This document shows, one piece after another, positions 56,384 to 64,000 of a stretch of DNA of 64,000 nucleotides; the first letter of the stretch is position 1; the number at the start of each line of letters is the position of its first letter. The notes below the pieces were generated by a model, which saw nothing but the letters and a program-made list of their open reading frames with translations, was not told where the DNA came from and searched no databases. The DNA is from Candidatus Hydrogenedentota bacterium (GTDB lineage Bacteria; Hydrogenedentota; Hydrogenedentia; Hydrogenedentales; SLHB01). Both the position numbers and the translations under genes were made by a program. Location of the stretch: contig JAIBAQ010000002.1 in assembly GCA_019695095.1 (NCBI GenBank), positions 40,995 to 104,994 of the forward strand, written 5' to 3'.

Positions 56384-59300
56384 ATGAATGACGACATGAT
56401 GCACGGGCCTGATGCCGATCCTTTGGCTGGCGTTGCCGGGACACCTCCAGGCACTAATGACGGGCGCACTTGCGGTTGCGGTCCAGCAGGTTGCTGCGGC
56501 TCCTCTTCGACGCCGCTGGATCGTCGCGAATTCCTGAAGATGGCTGGAGTCGGGTTCGTGTCAACGCGTATCGGCGGTCGTCTGAGTCAACTCATGGCAG
56601 GGCCGTTTGCCGTTGAGGATACCGTCTCGGGACACCTGATCCCGGCAGACAAGAAACTCTCCAAAAAGTGGATTCGCAGCCTGTACGCGCGAGGGCGAAA
56701 AGAGACGTATTTCGGAAAATCGTTAGACAACATCGGCATGCCGTGTGGGGGCATCGGCACGGGGCAGATGTACCTGTGTGGTGATGGAACGCTCGGATGT
56801 TGGCAAATCTTCAACGATGCCTATTCGAATTGGGTGGAAGGGACATTTGCCACCTACGAACACCGCGGCGTAGAGAAGCCGGTCGATTGCGGCTTCTCAA
56901 TCGCCGTCGATAGTGGCAACGGACATATCGCCGTGAAGTCGCTGGATCGAAACGGCTTCGAGAAGGTGACCTTCAGCGGCGAGTATCCCATAGGTCGCGT
57001 TCGTTACGAAAGCCGCGAGTTTCCAGTGACTGTCGAATCGGAGGCGTTTAGTCCATTCATACCGCTGAATGCGGTGGATTCAGGAATTCCCGCAACCGTC
57101 TTTCACATAACCGTCGAGAACAATTCGAAAGCTCCGCTGACTGTGAGGGCCGTGGGGCAGTTGGAGAATGCCGTATGCTCGGCGTTTGCTCGCCGATATG
57201 AGGTTCATCGGAAGACGGAGTACACCTTCAAGTCGGATCGCGCACTCTGTCTGCATTCCGCGCTTTCTCCAGAGATTGCAGACGTTGACGCAGCGAACAG
57301 AGATCCCATTATCTTCGAGACATTCGAAGGGCAAGACTACGGCTCATGGCAGTCATCGGGCACGGCTTTCAAGGTGAAGAGTGCCCCAGACGCCAAAGAA
57401 AAGCCCACACCTGCAAAGAGCTTCGAAGGACTCGGGCTTGCCGATTCGCGCGTGGGCGGCGACGAAGCCCAAGGTACGTTGACGTCTCCCGTTTTCACCA
57501 TCCAGCGGCGATTCATCAACTTCTTGATTGGCGGCGGCACGTGGCCAGACAAAACCTGCGTGAATCTCATGGTAGACGGTAACGTTGTACGCTCGGCCAT
57601 GGGTAGGCACAACGAAGAACTCGCGTGGCATACCTGGCGTGTGGACGAATGGCAAGGCAAAGGGGCGTGCCTGGTGATTGTCGACAAAGTGAGTGAGGGG
57701 TGGGGGATAGGCGTCTCTCACATTTACCTCGACCAAATTGAGTTCTCTGATTCGCCTCGCGTCGATGTGCGAGGGAACATTCTGGATGCCCCGGACTACG
57801 GCACACTGGCGCTGGCCTGCACCGAACCGGGGACATTTGAAGATGCCTTGCTTGGCGCCGCGCCTGCGAGTGCACCCAAAGAAGTCGTCGTAGAACTCAC
57901 TGCTGAGTACCCTTCGAGCGAAAAACGCCTTGGCATTCTCTCGACTAAGCCCACGGGAATCGTTCCCGGCGGTAAACATACCTTCACGTTTGTTGTGAGC
58001 TGGCATTTTCCCAATCAGATCAACGGAGACCGATTCGTTGTCACGCCATGGGATTCGGGTCCCATCAATCGTGGACATTACTACGCTGAAAAATTCGGCG
58101 ATGCCGGCGATGTGGCGAACTATATCATCGCAAATCATGAGCGGCTCACAAATGACACCCGCCTGTGGCGCGATATTTATTACGACAGCACGCTTCCGTA
58201 TTGGCTGCTCGATAGACTGCACTCCACAGCTTCTTACCTCGCAACGGGTACGTGTCAATGGTGGAAGAACGGACGGTTCTGGGCGTATGAGGGTGTCGCC
58301 TGTTGTATCGGGACCTGCGCACATGTCTGGAACTACGCCCACTCGCACGCCCGTCTCTTCCCTGAACTCGCGCGAAACGTGCGTGAAATGCAGGATTTCG
58401 CGCCTCGCTCCGAGGGAGGAGGTTTCGATCCCGAAACAGGCCTAGTAGGCTTCCGCGGCGATGCCAAGTACGCGGCAGACGGTCAGTGCGGGACCATTCT
58501 CAAGGCCTACCGCGAACACCTTATGTCATCCGACACAACGTTCCTTTCACGCAATTGGGCTTCAATCAAGAAGGCACTGGAATACAGCATCAGCCGCGAT
58601 GCCAATTCGGATGGGATGATAGAGGACGTCCAGCCCAACACCTATGATATTGATTATTACGGCGCAAACACGTTTGTCGGTTCGCTGTATCTCGCCGCGC
58701 TTCGGGCTGGTGAGGAAATGGCCAAAGAAATGGGAGACCCTGAGTTCGCCGCGCGTCTCCGCGCCATTTTTGAAAAGGGCTCGCGTCTTTCCGTCGAACG
58801 TCTGTGGAACGGCGAGTACTTCATTCAAGACGTAAATCTCCAGGAACACGCAAAGCATCAGTACAAGGACGGTTGTCTCAGCGACCAACTATTCGGGCAA
58901 GGGTGGGCGCATCAATTAGGACTCGGATACATCTATCCTCGTGAAAATGTCATCAAAACCCTCGAATCGATTTGGAAGTACAATTGGGCGCCTGACGTTG
59001 GCCCGTATAACGAGGCCCACAAGCCACAGCGTTGGTTCATCACGCCCGGCCAAGCTGGTCTCATTACCTGCACGTGGCCCAAAGGCGACTACCTCACCGA
59101 AGGCACCCTGTATCGAGAGGAAGTCTGGACGGGTATCGAATATCAGGTCGCGGGGCACATGATTTGGGAAGGCCATGTCACCGAGGGACTGGCTCTGTGC
59201 AGAGCCGTCCACGACCGTTATCATCCCGATTTGTTCAATCCCTATAACGAAGTCGAATGTGGCGATCATTATGCCCGTGCCATGGCGAGCTGGGGCGTAT

Positions 59301-59653
59301 ACCTGGCGCTGGCGGGATATTACTACCACGGACCCAAGGGTCGGCTTGGTTTTGCGCCACGAATCTCACCGAGCGACTTTAAGGCCGCGTTCACAACAGC
59401 CGAAGCCTGGATCACATACTCGCAGAAAAGGGATGCCTGGCGTCAGACAAGCGTGGTGAGTGTGCGCAAGGGATCGCTGAGACTGAATACGCTTACCTTG
59501 GCCGCGAAGAGAAGCCCAATGACCTGCAAAGTCTCGGTGAACGGCAAGCGGATCGACTGCAAGATCGATGTGCGCGGGAATGACGTAGACATCGCATTTT
59601 CAGAGTTCCTCAATCTTGCGGCGAATGATTTGCTGGAGGTAGCACTTTCATGA
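56384..59653 (+). CDS. GH116-like glycosidase (GBA2-type N-terminal beta-sandwich + six-hairpin catalytic domain) with TAT signal and inserted beta-sandwich module
   Basis: TAT motif DRREFLKMAG. GBA2_N-like NIGMPCGGIGTGQMYLCGDG. C-terminal (alpha/alpha)6-like region (DYYGANTFVGSLYLAALRAG...). Length 1089 aa. Confidence 0.6.
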   Translation: MNDDMMHGPDADPLAGVAGTPPGTNDGRTCGCGPAGCCGSSSTPLDRREFLKMAGVGFVSTRIGGRLSQLMAGPFAVEDTVSGHLIPADKKLSKKWIRSLYARGRKETYFGKSLDNIGMPCGGIGTGQMYLCGDGTLGCWQIFNDAYSNWVEGTFATYEHRGVEKPVDCGFSIAVDSGNGHIAVKSLDRNGFEKVTFSGEYPIGRVRYESREFPVTVESEAFSPFIPLNAVDSGIPATVFHITVENNSKAPLTVRAVGQLENAVCSAFARRYEVHRKTEYTFKSDRALCLHSALSPEIADVDAANRDPIIFETFEGQDYGSWQSSGTAFKVKSAPDAKEKPTPAKSFEGLGLADSRVGGDEAQGTLTSPVFTIQRRFINFLIGGGTWPDKTCVNLMVDGNVVRSAMGRHNEELAWHTWRVDEWQGKGACLVIVDKVSEGWGIGVSHIYLDQIEFSDSPRVDVRGNILDAPDYGTLALACTEPGTFEDALLGAAPASAPKEVVVELTAEYPSSEKRLGILSTKPTGIVPGGKHTFTFVVSWHFPNQINGDRFVVTPWDSGPINRGHYYAEKFGDAGDVANYIIANHERLTNDTRLWRDIYYDSTLPYWLLDRLHSTASYLATGTCQWWKNGRFWAYEGVACCIGTCAHVWNYAHSHARLFPELARNVREMQDFAPRSEGGGFDPETGLVGFRGDAKYAADGQCGTILKAYREHLMSSDTTFLSRNWASIKKALEYSISRDANSDGMIEDVQPNTYDIDYYGANTFVGSLYLAALRAGEEMAKEMGDPEFAARLRAIFEKGSRLSVERLWNGEYFIQDVNLQEHAKHQYKDGCLSDQLFGQGWAHQLGLGYIYPRENVIKTLESIWKYNWAPDVGPYNEAHKPQRWFITPGQAGLITCTWPKGDYLTEGTLYREEVWTGIEYQVAGHMIWEGHVTEGLALCRAVHDRYHPDLFNPYNEVECGDHYARAMASWGVYLALAGYYYHGPKGRLGFAPRISPSDFKAAFTTAEAWITYSQKRDAWRQTSVVSVRKGSLRLNTLTLAAKRSPMTCKVSVNGKRIDCKIDVRGNDVDIAFSEFLNLAANDLLEVALS

Positions 59654-59802
59654 CTGGATTGCGCGTGCTGAGTAGTGGGGACGCATCCCCGCATCGATAA
59701 CGCCCCCCAAACATCCTGGGACCGTGTCTCGGGGTGTATCGTGCAAGGTAGGGGCTCGACGGCTCAATGCCGCCGGGCCCCTGCCGACTTTCTTGGAATG
59801 CG

Positions 59803-61881
59803 CTACTTCTTTCGGATGGCCAGGAAGTCGAGGCCAATGGGTTTACCTGCCTCAACCGGAGTCAGCACCAATTCGTGTTCACCCTCTTTCAACTGGGTCA
59901 CGATTCCTGACACCAATTGCGATATTACGTGGTAAGGCGCAATCAGACTCACTGAATCTTTGCCATTGAACACAACGGGCGTGCCGTCAATCGCTGCTCG
60001 GAAAGCGCCGCCGTCGGGACGGTACATGCACGCCAGATTCAAGACATAGTCGCCCTTCTCAGGAATCGACAATGTCAGGCGCAGCGTTTCGTCCGTTTTC
60101 TGCGGAGTCCACACAAGCGCCTTACCGCCCTGCCATTGTCCGCTTTGGACAAACGTAGTGTTCGTCGGGCCCTTTGCGATATCTTCACACGCCTTGAACT
60201 CCCATCGAACCGCCCCAAAATGCGGCAACGGTTCCCACGTCGGAGGCAATGCAGGTCTACGCACGTCTTCATTGGTGATCGTTACATGGTCGTCCATGAA
60301 TCCAGGACGTGCATAGAGGTAGCTTAATCGCGCATAGGAGAATCCTTCCGTGCGCTCGTGGCTGAACAACTCCATGTAGAAAGCGATGCCGCTTCTGAAA
60401 GGCAGCGGATCCATGATGTGCCACCGGTAATTGACGACGAATCCGCGGTTAGCGGGACCGTCATTTCGGGGCTGGCCACAGTAGGGGTAAGTAAACAGAT
60501 CAAAAGCGGACCACGCATAGTTGAAGTAGTCTTCGGACCCGGTTCCAAACGTGGACGGTCGCACATCTCCATCCACAAATATCTTCTCGTCGCCTTCTCC
60601 CCACCAGTTGCCCCAAGACGTCGGCACACAATTGGGATTGAGCAACATGACGGCCGTTCCGACATACATGCCTTGGCCGCGCGCAATCACAAACGGCAAG
60701 TCCTGCGCGCCCATTGTATCGTTGCCCGATGCGACGAGATCATGATTCACGCGCCAACGAGCCCGAAAATGCATCGACGATGCGTCGTCCCACGTGTAAT
60801 TGTCGGGTAGAACGGAGCCCGAAATCGTCACTTCCTGGTCTCCGCGGTTCTCAAAGATGATCTGCGCGGATTGCTTGAAGGGCATGACATAGCGGCATGT
60901 CATTGTTCCGTCTGGTTCGACCGTGAAGGGAACGGAAGTATAGGGATTGATGCCCGGAGCCGCCCCAAAGAAATCGCCTATTGGCGACTGCACTTGTCCC
61001 CACGGCGCTTTGTCGAAGACAATGTGCATGATCGTCTGACGCAGCGCCAGATCGACATCCGATGCCGTGAGCTTCAGTGTTAACCGCTCAATAAGTCCAG
61101 GCCCTTCCAGCTTCAACGATTCGACTGTCCCTTTGGCCTGCAATTTTGCCTCGATCGGCGCCGCCTCCTTCTTCGACCGATACTCGAAGTTCTTAGCAGG
61201 GTCCGTCAAGACCGCAATCGCCCGGCGGATAGAATCTGCATTCGTCTTCACGTCGTCCGCGGAGAATGTCTTCACCTCCGCACCTTCGTCGTACTTGCGG
61301 ATTTGAATCTCGTAGAAGTGTGTGTCCTTTGGATTGCCTATCCACACAACGCGGCACAGTTTTGCGAACGGAATCGGCGCATATGCCGCGTTTCTCTGGT
61401 AGAACGGACCTGTCAACTGTTCCCGTGTCAATCCAGAACCAGGCAGGAATGGGTCATACGGATGAAGGAAGAATTCCTCGGCATTCCCTTCGTAGAATGG
61501 CTTGTCGAGGTTATCGAGATAGACACGAACCGTACCGGCAATCTTTGCGGTCCACAAACGCACTACCGCGCCGGGTCCGTCAACGTGGCACATCAGGTAT
61601 TCGCCTGGCTTGCTGCCTTGCGCTGGAGTCAATACGGTCTCGAAGTTCGGAATCTTCTCGTTGCCGAATCCATCGTCATTCCCAAACCACTTTTCTCCGC
61701 CCGGTACGGTGCTCTGGTGATCGTACGACGAGAATTGCACGGTCCTATACGACGGAGACGGAAACTGAGATAGACGGCGCATGTCCGCCATTTCATCAAC
61801 AAGGCTGCCCGTAGTGATAGGCGCTCCCAACGCGGAACTCGCGATGGTCAGGCATACGACAAGAATTCCTGCGAGTCTCAT
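59803..61881 (-). CDS. DUF2961 / glycoside hydrolase family 172 protein (second, larger paralog; secreted)
   Basis: Signal peptide. WGEGDEKIFVDGD...GTGSEDYFNYAW motif. It is 692 aa against 502 aa for the first paralog, the extra length being N-terminal. Confidence 0.8.
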   Translation of the reverse strand: MRLAGILVVCLTIASSALGAPITTGSLVDEMADMRRLSQFPSPSYRTVQFSSYDHQSTVPGGEKWFGNDDGFGNEKIPNFETVLTPAQGSKPGEYLMCHVDGPGAVVRLWTAKIAGTVRVYLDNLDKPFYEGNAEEFFLHPYDPFLPGSGLTREQLTGPFYQRNAAYAPIPFAKLCRVVWIGNPKDTHFYEIQIRKYDEGAEVKTFSADDVKTNADSIRRAIAVLTDPAKNFEYRSKKEAAPIEAKLQAKGTVESLKLEGPGLIERLTLKLTASDVDLALRQTIMHIVFDKAPWGQVQSPIGDFFGAAPGINPYTSVPFTVEPDGTMTCRYVMPFKQSAQIIFENRGDQEVTISGSVLPDNYTWDDASSMHFRARWRVNHDLVASGNDTMGAQDLPFVIARGQGMYVGTAVMLLNPNCVPTSWGNWWGEGDEKIFVDGDVRPSTFGTGSEDYFNYAWSAFDLFTYPYCGQPRNDGPANRGFVVNYRWHIMDPLPFRSGIAFYMELFSHERTEGFSYARLSYLYARPGFMDDHVTITNEDVRRPALPPTWEPLPHFGAVRWEFKACEDIAKGPTNTTFVQSGQWQGGKALVWTPQKTDETLRLTLSIPEKGDYVLNLACMYRPDGGAFRAAIDGTPVVFNGKDSVSLIAPYHVISQLVSGIVTQLKEGEHELVLTPVEAGKPIGLDFLAIRKK

Positions 61882-61996
61882 GATTTGCTCCTCGTTCCAG
61901 TAGTGTTTTTCCAGCGAAGGCTAACCGCTATTCCGTCGCCGTGCCCAAGCTTCGAGGCTGTGATCGTTGGCACCACACGCGCCCGCCGTCAATACG

Positions 61997-62920
61997 TCAC
62001 TTACCCGAAGCGTTCTTTCGCGGCAGGAAGAGCGAGACCTCTCGGTGCATACAGTACATCCGGTACCGTTGCCCGTCATTCACCAAGATCCCGCTGGAGT
62101 TGTCGACACCGATTATTGGATTGCCTGGATACTTCTGCCAGTGAATGAGATCCTTGGATGCCGCAACGTTCATAGTCCACTTGTCGGGTCCATTCGCCGG
62201 CGCAGTCGCATGGTAATACGCGTAGTAGCAATCATCGTACTTCACGATCTGATTGAGAGCGATCATCTTCGTGTCATACGGTTCGGGACCCCGCTTAATC
62301 ACCGGTTCATCCTGAATGTTCTTCCACGTCTTCAAGTCTTTCGAGGTCGCTACCCAGATTGCCTCGTCGTCTCGCTCGTAGAACAAGTACCACACTTCGT
62401 TTTCGAACAGGACGCACGGTGTCCCAAACGGTCCGGGTTTCAATGGGGAACCGTCTGCATATCGAATGTCGAGCGTACCTCGATCGGTCCACTGGACACG
62501 GTCTGTTGATGTGAGCAAATGGGCGTGGTCATTAGTCCCTTCCGCGAACATGTAGTACGTGTCGCCCTGCTTCACCACGATCATGTCTTCTACCCATGTC
62601 CGATCGTAAATTGGTGCATCAGAATACCGCTTCCACGTATACCCGTCCGTCGATGTGGCAAGACCCAGCTTCATGACAGGTGCTTTTCCTGGCACGTACC
62701 CCGTGTACCACATGGTGTAGGTGTCGCCTTCTTTCATGATCCACCCTCGTTCCCGGATGGCCTCATCCCAATGCCCTGGACCGCTGCCTTCAAAGAGCGG
62801 GTTATGTCCGTAGGGCACGAAGTCCACCAACTCAGAGGGGAATGGCAACGGAGGCTCGGCTGCTGCCATGAAAAGTGACACTGCTACACTTAGAGACAAG
62901 AGCATTCGTTGAACCTCCAC
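61997..62920 (-). CDS. Secreted five-bladed beta-propeller glycosidase/phosphorylase-like protein (GH43/GH130/GH117-type fold)
   Basis: Signal peptide. Repeated W/Y-rich blade signatures (TMWYTGY, YYMFAEG, WYLFYERDD, YYAYYHAT) typical of the 5-bladed propeller CAZyme clan. Specific family not resolved. Confidence 0.5.
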   Translation of the reverse strand: MEVQRMLLSLSVAVSLFMAAAEPPLPFPSELVDFVPYGHNPLFEGSGPGHWDEAIRERGWIMKEGDTYTMWYTGYVPGKAPVMKLGLATSTDGYTWKRYSDAPIYDRTWVEDMIVVKQGDTYYMFAEGTNDHAHLLTSTDRVQWTDRGTLDIRYADGSPLKPGPFGTPCVLFENEVWYLFYERDDEAIWVATSKDLKTWKNIQDEPVIKRGPEPYDTKMIALNQIVKYDDCYYAYYHATAPANGPDKWTMNVAASKDLIHWQKYPGNPIIGVDNSSGILVNDGQRYRMYCMHREVSLFLPRKNASGK

Positions 62921-62983
62921 GGAATTCGCGTGCTACTCCCGCGCAGTGGCTCCGGACCCACTGCTCTTCATCACCCTGGACGA

Positions 62984-64000
62984 CTACAATTGACGGACAG
63001 ACGCGCGTTCCAGAAGTCTCGGTGCGACCCATTGCGTTACTATGCCGCGTCCCGTCTGGTTGGTGATCGCTTTCACCAGCAAATCGGCCGCTTGTTCGCC
63101 TAGAACCTCCGGGTGGATGTCTACCGTCGTGAGTGGAGGACCTAAGAGTTCGGCGAAATCGATTCCGTCGAATCCCACAACACTGAGGTTGTCCGGTATT
63201 TCCAAAGACAATTCATGCGCGGCCCGGTATACGCCCATTGCGACCATGTCATTGAAACAAAGTAGCGCGGTCGGCCGGGTTGCCGGGTTCTTCAAGACCT
63301 CCAGAGCACCTTGATAACCCGCGACGGCTGTTTCCCCCGTGTCGATGATAACTGCGTCCGAGACGGCGATGTCATGTTCGATGAGGCTCTCAACAAAACC
63401 GAGTTTGCGCTCTTTCGCTCCCAACGAAAACGTCGGACCCGCGAGGTGCCCCAGTTTTCGATGGCCCTTTTCGATGACATAGTCTGTGGCCATCTTCATG
63501 CCAAGGCGGTTGTCAAAATTGACTGAATGTGTCTCTATTCCTTCCAACTTGCCTTGTGCCACGATAGGCACCCGCTCATTGACAATCTCCTGCGCGTGGA
63601 TGCCGCCTCGCCCCTCGGCCCCCTTTAGGACGATGTACCCCGCAGGCCGGTATGCATGCAGGCTGGCCAGCGTTTCCGGGTCGTCCTGGTCCTCCGGCCG
63701 CACGTTGTGAAACAAAATGTGGTAGCCATGCGCTTCCAGGACGGAGTTCATCCCCCGAAACGTCATCATGTGGAAGGGACTACCCAGATTGGAGGCCAGC
63801 ACGGCCACCATCCTCGACAATTCGCCCACAAGCGTCCGGGCAATCATTCCCGATTCGTAGTTGCCTTTCCGAATGCACTCCAGGACCTTTCGTCTCGTGC
63901 TTTCTCTGACGTTTGTCTTGCCATTCAGAACTGCCGAGACTGTAGAACGTGACAGACCTGTCAGGCGGGCAATCTCGCTCGTGGTTATGGGACGTCTGGA
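62984..64000 (-). CDS. LacI-family transcriptional regulator (paralog of 40575..41651; 5' end runs off the window)
   Basis: About 70% identity to the first LacI across the sugar-binding core. The minus-strand translation of 63848-64000 gives the HTH TSEIARLTGLSRSTVSAVLNGKTNVRE, almost identical to the paralog's recognition helix. Confidence 0.85.
   Translation of the reverse strand, partial: SRRPITTSEIARLTGLSRSTVSAVLNGKTNVRESTRRKVLECIRKGNYESGMIARTLVGELSRMVAVLASNLGSPFHMMTFRGMNSVLEAHGYHILFHNVRPEDQDDPETLASLHAYRPAGYIVLKGAEGRGGIHAQEIVNERVPIVAQGKLEGIETHSVNFDNRLGMKMATDYVIEKGHRKLGHLAGPTFSLGAKERKLGFVESLIEHDIAVSDAVIIDTGETAVAGYQGALEVLKNPATRPTALLCFNDMVAMGVYRAAHELSLEIPDNLSVVGFDGIDFAELLGPPLTTVDIHPEVLGEQAADLLVKAITNQTGRGIVTQWVAPRLLERASVRQL

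Noticed and set aside
59654-59802. Possible terminator hairpins (ggggacgcatcccc; ggggc…gcccc) between convergent GH116-like and GH172 genes
   Set aside because: Stems are short (5 bp) and not followed by a T-tract; not strong enough to annotate.
1-64000. CRISPR arrays, tRNA/rRNA genes, integrases/transposases, toxin-antitoxin or known defence-system genes
   Set aside because: No regularly spaced direct repeats with unique spacers, no tRNA-like cloverleaf-compatible conserved boxes, and no ORF with recombinase/transposase/nuclease-defence motifs were found on either strand. The only repetitive DNA is the palindromic MITE-like family.

Overview
This is high-GC bacterial chromosomal DNA, with no rRNA or tRNA gene, CRISPR array, transposase, integrase or phage gene found. 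A prepilin-type DUF1559 (H-X9-DG) gene, many TAT/Sec-secreted glycoside-hydrolase-like proteins, DUF1080/Gfo-Idh-MocA pairs and URO-D-family paralogs give it the gene content typical of Planctomycetota/Verrucomicrobiota.

The first ~17 kb is mostly housekeeping genes:
- an SPFH/NfeD pair, aspC, an R2lox-type di-metal oxidase, aroE, a HIT protein, rsmE and a GNAT acetyltransferase;
- a MacB/Lol-like ABC exporter with a DUF3299 partner, a beta-lactamase-fold hydrolase, rpsT and a TlpA-like thioredoxin;
- pyruvoyl arginine decarboxylase and a FAD oxidoreductase.

The remaining ~47 kb is a dense carbohydrate-utilisation region arranged as several operons:
- metallophosphatase -> GH-like -> Na+/solute symporter -> MtaA-like methyltransferase;
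- DeoR -> DegT aminotransferase -> TAT-Gfo/Idh/MocA -> DUF1080;
- LacI -> S45 acylase -> MtaA-like -> GH+LamG;
- GH42 -> sugar ABC importer -> phosphohexomutase -> GH172 -> TIM-barrel isomerase -> Gfo/Idh/MocA -> CocE/NonD -> GH116-like;
- a second LacI -> beta-propeller GH -> GH172.

The structure the gene list does not explain is a ~195-bp highly palindromic repeat family. It has four full copies in both orientations plus one solo hairpin, 8-9 bp CTAG-containing terminal inverted repeats and a perfect 17-bp terminal stem. The element's terminal CTAG (on the minus strand in B) supplies the in-frame TAG stop codon of the nfeD gene and of the GH42 gene.

Other features of note:
- two MtaA/CmuA-type (URO-D superfamily, HxC zinc motif) paralogs each sit at the end of a glycan operon, with no corrinoid protein nearby;
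- a DegT + periplasmic 3-dehydrogenase + 3-keto-glycoside hydrolase operon;
- a ~0.8-kb AT-rich island carrying a perfect TTGACA-17-TAGAAT promoter for the DUF1559 pseudopilin, plus a 17-bp palindrome next to a LacI paralog.
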